Source: Gnetum montanum
Lineage: Eukaryota; Plantae; Gnetophyta
Reading direction: 5' to 3'
Length of the DNA stretch: 64,000 nt
NCBI GenBank assembly: GCA_015680685.1
Contig: MNCI01001396.1
Location: 1 to 64,000, forward strand
The position numbers were made by a program, and so were the translations under genes. Numbering within the stretch: the stretch's first letter is position 1; each line of letters begins with the position of its first letter. The notes under the pieces are model-generated. The model was not told where the DNA came from, did not search any database, and worked only from the letters and a program-made list of their open reading frames with translations. This document shows, piece after piece, positions 12,211 through 24,059 of the stretch.

Positions 12211-13083
12211 TGATGAGTAGTGAGGTACCCCTACGTCCAACCATACAAATCACAAGTGTTCATGCATGATTTGGTTGAATTATGTGGATGGGACTAGTTG
12301 TGCATCTAAATCATTATGCTTTGATTGTAGTTCTTTATCTTCCCACTTGGACTAGTGGTAGCTTTGTCATGTATGGTTTAGTCCAAAGTGAAGCACATCA
12401 TGTTTTCTAATCCTATGCCACTCTTAATGACAATAAAGAGATAAATAAATTAAGCTAATGAACAATGGGAAGTAAAACCTAAACTAGCCTATGTGCAATG
12501 AGTATTTGTTCCTATTCATCCACACACACCTTGGACTTCTTATAACCACCACTAAAATTACCAAGCATACATCACTGGGCTTGCCAAACAATACATTGTT
12601 GGGTTACCAAGTAATTACACTTAAGCACTTGCGATTAACAGTACTCATTCCACTTAATGGCAGGAATCGTAAAGAGCAATAAATGGAAATATTAACTAAG
12701 TAAAATAGTAAATAATTAAAATTAATAATAATCTAAGTCGATGCAGCAATGATGGAAGTAATCATGATCTTTATTTCCAGTCATGTAACATGTCCAAGTA
12801 CGTCACACTTGAATAAAAATGCCGTACAATCACTAACATCACACTATAGGCATGTACTAGGAATAATAGAATTGGAAATTAACAATCTATGAAAAAGCTA
12901 ACTGAAATCTGAAACTAAAACCATGTCCCAAACATGCATCCAAGTCTTGTATTTATAGGTTAGCATGGAGTAGATAATATTGGATATTTGGCATCATTTC
13001 TTGGTACTCGATATTGCATATCCGATATTGAAGCCTCAATATCGAATATTCTATATATGGGTTGACATAATTGTGACTCATCA
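12211..13083 (-). repeat. 5' LTR of B
   Basis: TGATGAG...CTCATCA termini; matches 3911-4798. Confidence 0.92.
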
Positions 13084-13191
13084 CTTAGGATAGAATAGCC
13101 TCGATATCAGATATTTGATATCAAAGCCTCGATATCAGATATTCGATTTTAGGGCTAACATAATCATGACTCATCACTTAGGATAGAATAG
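13006..13191. repeat. ~93-bp diverged tandem duplication spanning the B LTR end, TSD and host LTR flank
   Basis: GACTCATCA-CTTAG-GATAGAATAG occurs twice (TSD copies at 13084 and 13177). Confidence 0.85.
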
Positions 13192-13472
13192 ATCTCTTTA
13201 TTATTTTAGTTAGACTTAGACTTAGAAACTCTTTTCACTTTACCATGTTCACTAGGAGTAGTAATGGCCTACCAACATCAGTTATCATAGACCTCACTAT
13301 GAGCTAAACCATATACATAAACTTCAGTAGCTCCACATGGGAAGACAATGATCTAGAACTTAAATCAATTACTAGCATAATCACATTGCCTTGTTCACAG
13401 ATTATGATCTAGTCACATGTGAAACACTTGTGACTTGTATGGTTAGGTGTTGGATTGCTCCATCGCTCATCA

Positions 13473-13491
13473 TTGGCGTAGCTGCTAGGGA
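13473..13491 (+). promoter_or_regulatory. Primer-binding site (tRNA-Asp type) of A
   Basis: TTGGCGTAGCTGCTAGGGA immediately after CTCATCA. Confidence 0.85.
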
Positions 13492-13617
13492 CTAGTTAAT
13501 GTATGTTGAGTAATTGATTTCACAAAGTTCATTATGTCAAGAACTTAAAGTTAAAATCTAGAATATTCTAATAACTCTAAAAATAAGCACGCTTAAACAA
13601 ATGTCTTAAACCATAAC

Positions 13618-16600
13618 ATGGCTTCAAACATGGATACATCATCACCTAGCAAAGAGACAAGAAGGAGTAATGATAGAATCAATGATGAAGAAGAATGGGG
13701 GATGCTAATGTAAACAAGTATCACTTATGCTCATACTAATTCTTATCATCTAGATTTTACTTTCATCTTCAATCAGGATAGACAAACATAGTCCTGCCTC
13801 CAGAACATGCAGCACTTAGCATGCCCCAAACTACCTTAACGGGAATGAATTTGAACCAAATGCAGGAAGGGTACCATGTGACTCATCATGTGATAAAACC
13901 CTATGAATTGACAAAGAAGCAGATGAGGAAAGATGCTACTATGGAAATTAAACATGTACACAAAAAAGGGAAGGAGGTCAACACTTCTGTTATCTTGGAA
14001 GAATTTGATGCTGATGAATTCATCACTATTCAACTCCACTGGAATCATGAAGAGCCTTTAAAAACACTTATCACTAGACTTAAAGGAACTTGTCAAAGTT
14101 CAACTGCATTCCACCCTAGCAGAGATACCTAAGAGAAGGGCTACTGACTCAAAGAATAAGCAAGACTCAAGGCCAAGAGTTTTTGCTAGGTGCTACAGAG
14201 AAGAATACCAGAGTCATGAAAGGAGGAAAAGTCAACATTATTCTCCTACTTCCTCATCCTCATGATTGTTAGTGGGCTTTAATAGGAGGAGACAAAGGCA
14301 TAGAGACTATGACAGAAAAGAGAGAAGGACTCATGATCATCATTTAAGAAACTTTGATTCAAAAGATGAAGGATATGAATAAAGAAAATGAAGGGATTGA
14401 AGAGAGGATTGCAAAAGGGGTGAGCACAGAAGGGGAAACTGCTACAATAGAGCACATGAACCTGATTATGATGATAAACCCTTGATAGCAACCCATAACA
14501 TGATAAACATATAGGAAGTTGTACACATACCAGCCATGCACGTGAGGGGAAGCCATATCAAACGGCTTGATATGAGTAACATGCCAAGGTTTGAGTGTGG
14601 TTATAATGCTAATTCACAACACCATCTCCAAGCATTCCATGATGCCTGCATGTGACAAAACATTGAAAGTAACTGGTAGAAGTTAAGGTTGTTCCTAAGA
14701 ACACTTGTAAAAGAGGCAGAGAGCTGGTACTAATCACTCAAACCTGATTCAATTAGAAGATGGAGTACCATGCTAGAGATTTTCAATGACAAGCAACAAA
14801 CTTACTCATGGGTGTCTAACTTAAGAAAACAAATTTAAGGATGGAAGTAAGGGTCTCATGACACCCTTGATGCAGTAATGGGTAGGTACTATTCACTATT
14901 GCATAGATGCCTAGGCCATGGACTCTCATAATGAGAATAGCTTAGGAAAATTGTAGATGTGTTACGAAATAAGACCAAAGAGACCCTTGGGGTTTATGCC
15001 TAAGGTTGATTATTTGAAATGACTATCCATCTAATCCAAAGATTAATTGATCAAGTAGCCAAGAAGGAAGGCGAATTAAAAAAGAGAGGATTAGTTGAAG
15101 AGTACAATAGAGACAAATCTATTAGGAAAAGCAATGCATGAGTTTATGACACATTGGAGGAAGAGACCTTGGATCAGGCGATTTAGAAGAAAACTCTATT
15201 GATCGAAAAATCTATCACCAATGTAGCAACACAGGTAGTAAAGATGTGGGACTTAGTCGATGAGATACGTATAACAACCTTAAAGATTGTGAAGGAGAGA
15301 GTAGAGCAAGCCTTTGGAAAAGGCAAACACAAGAAAAGGAAGAAAGATTTTGAATGAAGGGGCAAAGTGGCTTCAGTGGTTGAGTGTTTAGACACTAGCT
15401 CCACCGATGAGGAAGGATGTGTCGTGTGCCAGTATGAACATCCTAAGGGATGTTGTCTAGTAATGACACATGTATAGGAAATGGGGGCATATGCACTTAA
15501 CCATAAATTTTTTAAGAAAAAAATGCCCAGAAGGTTACCTTATCCTCAAGGTAACTATAGGTAGAACTTCCAACCAACATACTATCCCAGTGGATCTTTG
15601 CCACAACCACAAGAATAATACTATTAATAGTGGCAACAATCCCAATCATGGGCCATAACACCACCTCACCAACAATATCTATATAGATAGCTAGATCCAT
15701 ATGGATATTTCGTATAATGTACAATATTTCCTAGTAATGTTGCTCTCCAAACTCCATAGTACTACCCCACTGAGTATCACAAACCAACACCGCCAACAGA
15801 TCCAAGCTCGTACATGCATCCATTAGCAATTGGTTTAAATGAACACATGAATCCTTTACCACTAGTGCCATTTGTTGTCATGTAGGGGGAACTACCATCA
15901 CAACCTTAGTAGAAGAGCACAACAAGGATGATGAGTGTTCAATAGGAGGTGATTACATGTGAATCACAACCCAGGAAATGACTGTTCTTTCAAACAAGCC
16001 CTTAAAGGATTTGGTGGAAGGGGAACACATCTACATTTGCCCCATCCACAACCAGTTCTCCTCAACACAACAAGTTGTCATCTTCTTCAAATTCAAATGT
16101 CATAATTGCCATGCTTACTTAGACAATTACACATTGGATAAAGGTAGGGGCTCTTCCATAGAAGTACATTGATCTAGGAAGTCCCTTAGTTTACCTCCTG
16201 ATAGTAGGGTAGAAACTATGTAAAGCTCTACTTGATTCTAGGTTAGGACTGAACCTAATCTCAGAAGATATGTATGAGGCTTGGGATCTACCACAACTAA
16301 AGAAGAGTAATATTTGGTTAGAGCTTGTAGACTAGTTAATCATAGCTCCACTAGGAAAGGTGGATGATGTGATTACAACCATTAGTGGCTAGTCTTACCC
16401 TATGAATTTTCTAGTCATTGATGTGGGGAAAATAAGGGAGAATTTTCAATTATTATGGAAAGAGCTTAACTTAGCACTGTTGACATTAAGCTTGGAATTT
16501 GTGACTTGTCCTTGGAGATTTGTAAGGAAGATGAAGCTGGCATCATACAAAGACAAAGAGTTCCATGTATTGCATACACCAATAATGGATGCAATTACAT

Positions 16601-19600
16601 GTAGAGAATATGGGCTATTAGAAGAGATGACACCAAAGCATGCAATAAATGTGTAGAAGAAGTATGTGTGCAAAATTGTCTGTATGTAGCAGTCACATAG
16701 TAAGAAGGCACCTAGTGGTTGATCACAAATGAAGATACACAATCCTACAAGTACATGGAACTAGAGGAACAAATTGTTAGTGCCTATGTTGAAGAACTTG
16801 ATAAGTTAGAGTAATTAAGAAAAATGCACTTCCACCCACAAACAAATCAAGAAGAAGACATAGACTGGGGATGCTTGGAGGTTCCAAACACTATGAAACC
16901 ATAGTTATGGGAACTAAAGGTCCTATGAGTAACATTGGAATATTCATTCTTAAATAATAAGAAGCCGGTAATAATTAATGCCACCTTGAAAGAAGAAAAA
17001 ATAAGGAAGTTGCTAGAAGTGATTAACATATTTCCTACAGACTTTGCGTGGTCTTATGATGAGATCGCAAGAATTGATTTACAAATTTTTCAAAACTAAA
17101 TATACATTGATCCATTAGTCAAGCCAGGATGCCAAACCCAACGAAGGCCTAATCATAAATTCAAAGAAGTAGTTAAGAACGAGTTACATAAATTGCTAAA
17201 GGAAGGATTCATCTATCTTATTGCGGATAGTGAATGGGTTAGTCCCTTAGTGATTGTTCCAAAGAAGGGTTGTAAATGACAAGTTTGCATTGACTTCCAA
17301 ATGTTGAACACTGCTATAGTTAAGGATCACTTCCCTTTATCATTTATTGATCAAGTCCTAGACACCATTGCACGACATGAGTCCTACAGTTTTCTAAATG
17401 GATATAGTGAATATAATCATATTCGCATTGCACTAGAAGACTAGGAGAAAATAACATTCACTAGTTCATGGAGAATGTTTACCTACAAGTAGATGCTATT
17501 TGGTCTTTGCAATGTGCTTGCCATGTTCCAAAGACTTGTGCTTAGCATTTTGTAGAAAAAAATTGAAAATGGCATAGAAGTCTTTATGGAAAATTTTTCA
17601 ACGTATGGGCTCAATTTCAAGCAAGCACTAGACCAGTTGGACTAGGTACTTAAGAGATGTGTTGAAATCAATCTTAAGCTCAATTGGCAAAAAAGCCATC
17701 TCATGGTCCAAGAAGGCATACCGTTGGGACATAAAATCTCCTAGGAAGGTACACAGGTAGATCTTGAAAAGATTAGAGTCATACATAATATCATTCAAAG
17801 GACACAAATAGTCACACAGGATACTATAGAGGATTCATAGAAAACTTTTCAAAGATAGAAAAACTACTTATTGAACTCATGAAGAAGGTTGCACCCTTTG
17901 AGTGGATAGTGTCATGTGAAAAGGCATTCGAAGCTCTAAAGCAAAAACTAGTGGAGACACCAATCCTTCAAGGTTTGGATTGGTGAAGACCTTTTCACAT
18001 CATGACCGATGCTTCCAACTATGCACTTGGTGCAGTACTTACACAACTAGATGATCAAAAGGGACCTTACTATATACACTCTATCATTAGGAGCATCATT
18101 GGAGCACAATTAAATTACACTAGAACAGAAAAGGAGCTAATGGTAATGCTGTACACACTTGAAAAATTCAAATATTATGTGCTTGGGTACCAGATCTATG
18201 TCCACACTGATCATAGTACCATTTGATTTCTTATAAACGAATCAGCAATTAGTCCAAAGTGATAAGAGGACTCGTAATTCTTCAAGAATTTGACATCATG
18301 ATGATTGACAAAAAAGGGACAAAAAGTGTGATAGCTAATAATCTTTTAAGGCTATGATGGGATTCTAAAGATCGAGAAAAACATTTATTAGACCAATTTT
18401 CTAATGAAGATCTATTTACTAAAATAGTAGAGGCTATAAATTTAATAGGGAAGCCATGGATAGTAGAATATTTTACTCACTAATCAACACAAGAGCTCCC
18501 TACTGAATGGAGTAGGAAACAACGTGAGTAATTTGTTCATAAAGAAAAATGATATATGGAAATTAATGGCAATCTATATAAGATTTGCGTAGATGGGCTC
18601 ATCAGATGGTGTGTGCTAGAATGTGACCAACAAAGAGTATTATAGGATGCCCATGAAGGCCCATGTGGTGGCCACTATGCAGGGCATAGAATGACATTGA
18701 AGTTGATGATGGCAGACTACTTTTGTCCTACCTTGTTCAAAGATGTCCACACTTTTGTCCAATCTTGTGAGTGATGCTAAAAAAATGGAGGATTTATAGC
18801 CAAATACGAAGGGCCATAACATTGGATACAGCCACTTGAACCTTTTGAAATATGGAAAATTTAGGACCCATAACACCAATGTCAAATGGAAAAGGATACA
18901 TAATTGTGACTGTGGATTACCGTATGAAGTGGGTAGAGGCAATAGCAGTAAAAGATTATACAACAAAGACAACTACCAAATTCTTTTAATAACACATGGT
19001 GAATAGATTTGGAGGAACTCACTTCATTGGTGCTACATTTAAAAATATCATGCAATAACTTGGGATGAATCGTAAGCTAACAACACCATATCATTCCCAG
19101 GTAAATGGTCAAGCCAAAGTTACTAATCGAGAAATTACTAGAATACTTACTAGAACGGTTAGTAGGTTTAGAAAGGACTAGAGCACTAAATTGAATGATG
19201 CTCTATGGGCCTATAGGACATCTTAGAAATTTCCTATAGGGTATGCACCATATGAGTTAGTTTATGGCAAGTTGTCAATGCTCTTGATCTAAGTAGAGCT
19301 CCACACTCTAGCTATTGCCAATGAACTTGATCTTAACTTGAGCTTAGCCCAACGAGAATACCTCATGAATATACACCTTCTAGATGAGAATAAGTTGGTA
19401 GCACTTATGAGTAGTGAGGCTCATAAGCATTACTCCAAACTTAGGCACGATACACGGAGAAGGCATGTAATTATACAACTAGATGATAAGGTCCTCTACT
19501 ATAATCCCAACCATTACCCCAAAAAGCTAAATTTTAGACACTTTGGAAGGGATCATACATTGTTCACACCACTTATTCATCTAGTACCTTACATATTTAC

Positions 19601-19724
19601 CACCCATCCTATCCACATAAGCTCATCCTTATTAATATTCAACAAGTCAAACTCTACCATGAATAGTCCAAGGAGTTTACCCAATCTACTTAATAGTCTT
19701 CTACTTCTTTTATCTTCTATTTAA
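13618..19724 (+). pseudogene. gag-pol: gag-pol polyprotein of A (Gag, Zn knuckle, aspartic protease, RT, RNase H, integrase), many stops and frameshifts
   Basis: CVVCQYEHPKGCC (~15418); KALLDS (~16222); DSEWVSPLVIVPKKG (~17226); KDHFPLSFIDQVLD; EVFMENF (YxDD equivalent, ~17577); MTDASNYALGAVLTQ (18002); AHEGPCGGHYAG (~18648); NGQAKVTNREI; LNDALWAYRT; GPY/F-like tail; no chromodomain seen. Confidence 0.95.
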
Positions 19725-19736
19725 CCAACCCTAATG

Positions 19737-21785
19737 ATAGTTGTGGTGGTGTCAATCTGGAATTATAGGTACTTGATTGATTTTTTCCTTTTCTTTTCAT
19801 TTTTCATGTTCTTCAATAGTTTCTCATTCTTTTATACTTTTCTATTTCTTAAATTTTCGATATTATTTAACATTTTTCAATTCTTTAATGATTTTTCATT
19901 CTTTGACATTTTTTCATTCTTTCATCTTTTTCCAATTTTTACTATCTTTTTCATACTGTGCTTTCATGACCTTTGTAAATAATATTGAGTGTTAATAAAA
20001 CACATTAAGAATAAGGCAAGATGTAGTCCAATAAGGTGAAGATTTCTCTATGTTATCAAGTCATAAGGGATTGATTATTTGAATAATGAGACCACAAGAT
20101 TCATTCATCCATTCCATTAATAAGAGGTTCCTACCATGACCATAATGATATTCTTTCCATCATAAAACTAAGAATAAACTTGTGATCATTATTCCTGGAT
20201 TGAAAAGTGAAGAACCAAGTGGGAATGTAAAGGGTGTGACATAAATGGGATTTGTGGACTCTCTTGGATTACTTTTGTTAGTTTTATCTTGTTGCTTAGC
20301 TTGTATTATGTCCTTGTAGATCTAATGAAAAATGGGAGTTTAAGTAAAATAAGTGCTACCTTACCATGTCACTAGAAAGACATGTTACCCATGCCCAAAG
20401 GTAGGCATCTTCTTGGGAATTTTAGAAACTAATAAGTGCAAAGAATTAACTTCTCCCTTGGACAATACATTAAGTGACAATACTCCTTGCAACAGTGGTG
20501 GTCTTACAATTATAATTCCAAGAGATTAAACAATGTGATGTCACTAGAATGTGGTCTAGACTTGGTTTGATCCTTGATAGAAAGCCTAATGATTATTTTA
20601 ACCACTAATAACACACAAGGATTCATTATGCCTATGCCAGGACACCTCACATCCTAATTTCTACAATCCTTCTAAGTCCATTTCATCTCATTGTATGAAT
20701 AATCATAGCTTGTGGTTTTGTGTAACATAGAGTCATTTTCCTAACTTGGTGATACTAACATGTATGTTTTGCTGAACAGGCATGCATTACATTCAACTCC
20801 TTGAGTGCCTAAGGACACTTTTAGGCATGGTTATACAAGGGCATTAAGGGCTGGAGCCTGCTTTGGGGAGGATCCACTTGTATAGTTATTGTCTCTTATA
20901 CTTGCCAAGCAATTCCACATTATCTTACATCTTCCAACACCAATAAATGTCAATAAAAACTTCCCTTATCACTCAAAATATCTGTTCCAATAACATGAAC
21001 TCATTACCCATCTCATCCATCTTATCAGCACTTCATGAATTTTCATAGCTCGAGATTCCTTCTTTATGAAATTTCTATGCTAAATTCTCAAAAAATATGC
21101 ATCATCCATAGCCTAAGACCTTTTGAACATGATTTATACCTTCCAAAAATCCCCCATTTTTGATCCTCAAATATGCTTAGTAAATGTGAATTTTTTACCT
21201 CTTCGATATTGGAGCCCATAAAATCCATATACACATGGACACTTAATCAAATTTTCATCATTCTCACATTTGAGCGAAGGGAGATTTTACCATTTTTCTT
21301 TTACAATATGAGCTCTAACTTCCCCAATTTCTAACCCTCATAACTCCACACTCATAGCTCCGATTTTCATGCTTCTTGAACTTGTTTGATCACAAAGCTC
21401 TCAACTTAGTTGTGGGGGTATGCCTAGTGGGATATAACAAAAATCAGAGTTAGAATTTGCTAATGCCTAGAAGGTATTATAAGGGTAAGCATGAAGGGAA
21501 AGTTAAAATTTTTTAATAGAAATCAATCACATTAATGCCAGAAACTCTTAAATCATCCTCTTAATGAACCATAATAACCATTATGAGCCATAAATAAGAA
21601 CAAAATGGACAATTGTGAGGGGTTATAAGAAAATTAGTACTTATGGGGTTTCTTTTTAAAAATTTCTATAACTTTGTAGTCATAGTAAGCTAAGAATTTG
21701 ATCTAACTAAATGTATGGGAAAGGAAAGGAGTTATCAAAATCAGAGAACACATTTTAATAATTCCTAAATCCTTAATGCTTGTAG
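19737..21785 (+). other. Conserved non-coding spacer of A (internal PPT copies, T-rich tract, conserved ~1 kb core, putative internal promoter and intron)
   Basis: Colinear conserved blocks also present in B (7716-9708), C (36451-38466), D (28548-30856) and E (53278-55583). Confidence 0.8.
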
Positions 21786-22971
21786 TTGTTCCCAAAGAGA
21801 GGAGCAACAAGAGGACCCTCACAGCTGGTAAGCAAACGACCAAGAGGCTAAATGTAGAAATTGAAAGCAATATATTACGCCTAACCAACTAGAGCAATTC
21901 GGAACAGAGCAAGTCAACCACCTAATAGAGTATAATAAGTAGATGGAAAATGAGAAGGAGAACGTGTTGTGGAATACCTCAGTAGAAGAAGCACAAGCAT
22001 ATACACATGTTAAGGCACTCACTGCAGTACAAGAAGAAAATACATAGCTTGTTGTAGATAACACTATGTTAACCAACATTGAGAGGTAGAAAAATATCCT
22101 AGAAGAAAGTATCCATCAGTTGAGAGAACAATTGATGAGGGTTAACCAGAACATGAGCCACTTAGTAAGAGAAAACATGATCCTCTTAATGAAGGATGTA
22201 TGTGCAATTAGACAGAAGTTAGCTATTGAGATTAGCGTGTGGAAAAATAAAGCTAAGAAGCATGAAAGGCTCAAGGAACACTTCTACGACTAGGTGGGGA
22301 TGTATAAGCAAATTAATGAGAATGAGATCTAGATGGCTAAGGCCCGAATCAATACCATATCAGCACAAAATCTAGATTGGTAGTCCATCTTGGATAGTTA
22401 TGCTTACGTCCACTAAGCAGAAGTAAAAAATAAAGGCATGTAAATAGAGGATCTAAAAGAATAGATGGGGTTAGCTAACCTTCGTTATGTTAACTTGGCC
22501 ATGTTAACAATAGGTAGGCCTAGAAATGAACTTGAATAGTAAGTAGCATCCACATATGCATTGTATGAAAAAGAGTTTATGGATAGGAAAGATGCCTTAT
22601 AGAAACTTTAGGTGGAAAACTCTAAATTAGAAGTAGTTAAGGCTAGCTACCAAGGCCAAAAAGATGTTGTAGCCAACTTGGCCAAAAGACTATTAGATTA
22701 TCATGAGTTATAAGCCAAGGCTAAAGCATTTGAAGAAGAGAGGAGGTAGATTGTAGCATGGTATGTCAAGGCCAATTAGATGTTTTTACAGCTGCCATGT
22801 CCATGGGATGTACTTTCTCCATCACACATTGCACAACAAGCATGGATGGTACATGACCTGAGAATCGAGGAGGAGAAACTTCAAGCATTTCTAAATAAAT
22901 ATAAATTTTAGAAGGCTAACGATAAGGGAAAGCAATCATTGGAGGAGCCACCACCATCAAGAACTACATAG
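21786..22971 (+). pseudogene. ORF2 of A, with a large internal deletion removing the N-terminal domain
   Basis: (L)FPKRGATRGPSQ joined almost directly to the coiled-coil half; ends DKGKQSLEEPPPSRTT*; ~1.2 kb versus ~2.7-2.8 kb in B-E. Confidence 0.8.
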
Positions 22972-23153
22972 GATACATCAAGCTTCATCTAATTTTATTT
23001 TTTGTCAAAGTTGTCCTATCATGTTTTGTGTCATTTTTGTAAAAACACCACTGCAACATAAAGTGTCTTGTAAATAGTGTAATGTAAATCTACCTCCTAA
23101 TTTTGTAAGGAACTCTATCCTCATTTTGTTTTAACTCAAGGATGAGTTTTTGG

Positions 23154-23168
23154 TCAATCATGGGGGTA
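23154..23168 (+). promoter_or_regulatory. Polypurine tract of A
   Basis: TCAATCATGGGGGTA directly before the LTR TG. Confidence 0.85.
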
Positions 23169-24034
23169 TGATAAATAAAAATTTGGTAGACTACAACATT
23201 AGATATATGATATCATAACACTAGCTACATTATTGTATATGCAATATTGTGAGATGCGTGCTATCCTATAAATATAGCACTTAGATGCATGGATCTATAG
23301 AAGTATTTATTCAATAGTAGTGTAACTTTTGTAATTTGTTTTCATGAGTTAGTCTCTAGCACTTAGAAGTGTGAATGCCTATAGTATAGTGTGACATAGT
23401 GCATGGAGTCTTTATTTAAGCATCTTGTACTTGGGCACAAGTGTGACTAAAAATAAAGATTGAGCTGCTTCATACTACTATAGCATTCTTCTAGTTTACT
23501 ATTTTACTTAGAATAATGTTTACTATTTTCTTAGTTAATGTTTACTTTTCCATGCACTTTACTATTATTGTTGTTAAGAAAAATGAGTATGACTAATCTC
23601 GAGCACTTAAGTGTAATTACTTGGTAATTCAATAGTGCGATCGCTTGGTTTGCCCAGTAGCAAAGTACTTTGTAATCCAATTAGTAGTTACATGAAGCCT
23701 AGGATGTGTATGAAAAATCAGGACTAGATACTCATCACCTTATGATAGAATAGATTTTTTTATTGTTTTAGTTAGACTTAGACTTAGAAACTCTTTTCAC
23801 TTCACAATGTTCACTAGGAGTAGCAGTGGCCTATCAACATTAGTTATCATATACCTCACTATGATTTAAATAATACACATAGACTTCTCTAGCTCAACGT
23901 GGGAAGACAACAGTCTCTAACTTAAATCAATTACTAGCATAATCACATTACCTTGTCCACGGATTATGATCTAGTCACGCATGAAATGCCTGTGACTTGT
24001 ATGGTTGGGTGTTTGATTGCTTCACTGCTCATCA
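23169..24034 (+). repeat. 3' LTR of A
   Basis: TGATAAAT...CTCATCA, followed by TSD ATGAA. Confidence 0.93.
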
Positions 24035-24059
24035 ATGAAGGAGAAATAGACTTTCTTAG

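Larger units (their letters stand above)
3911..13083 (-). mobile_element. Element B: pol-less (non-autonomous) Athila-like element, LTR-gag-spacer-ORF2-LTR
   Basis: LTRs 3911-4798 and 12211-13083; TSD CTTAG at 3906-3910 and 13084-13088; PBS 12192-12210; PPT 4799-4813; no PR/RT/RH/INT motifs seen. Confidence 0.93.
3361..13472 (+). repeat. 5' LTR of A, split into 3361-3910 and ~13177-13472 by insertion of B
   Basis: Both halves align to the 3' LTR 23169-24034; junction CTCAT(C/T)ACCTTAG|GATAGAATAG. Confidence 0.9.
3361..24034 (+). mobile_element. Element A: full-structure Athila-like Ty3/Gypsy LTR retrotransposon (gag-pol plus internally deleted ORF2); 5' LTR interrupted by element B
   Basis: LTRs begin TGATAAAT (3361, 23169) and end CTCATCA (13472, 24034); TSD ATGAA at 3356-3360 and 24035-24039; PBS, PPT, domain order PR-RT-RH-INT. 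Confidence 0.95.

Noticed and set aside
19338-19724. Chromodomain at the integrase C-terminus
   Set aside because: Only a GPY/F-like motif is seen; no chromodomain residues, consistent with Athila
19734-19995. Phe-rich, membrane-like ORFs as a candidate envelope TM segment
   Set aside because: Translation of the T-rich low-complexity tract after pol; length and frame are not conserved in B-E
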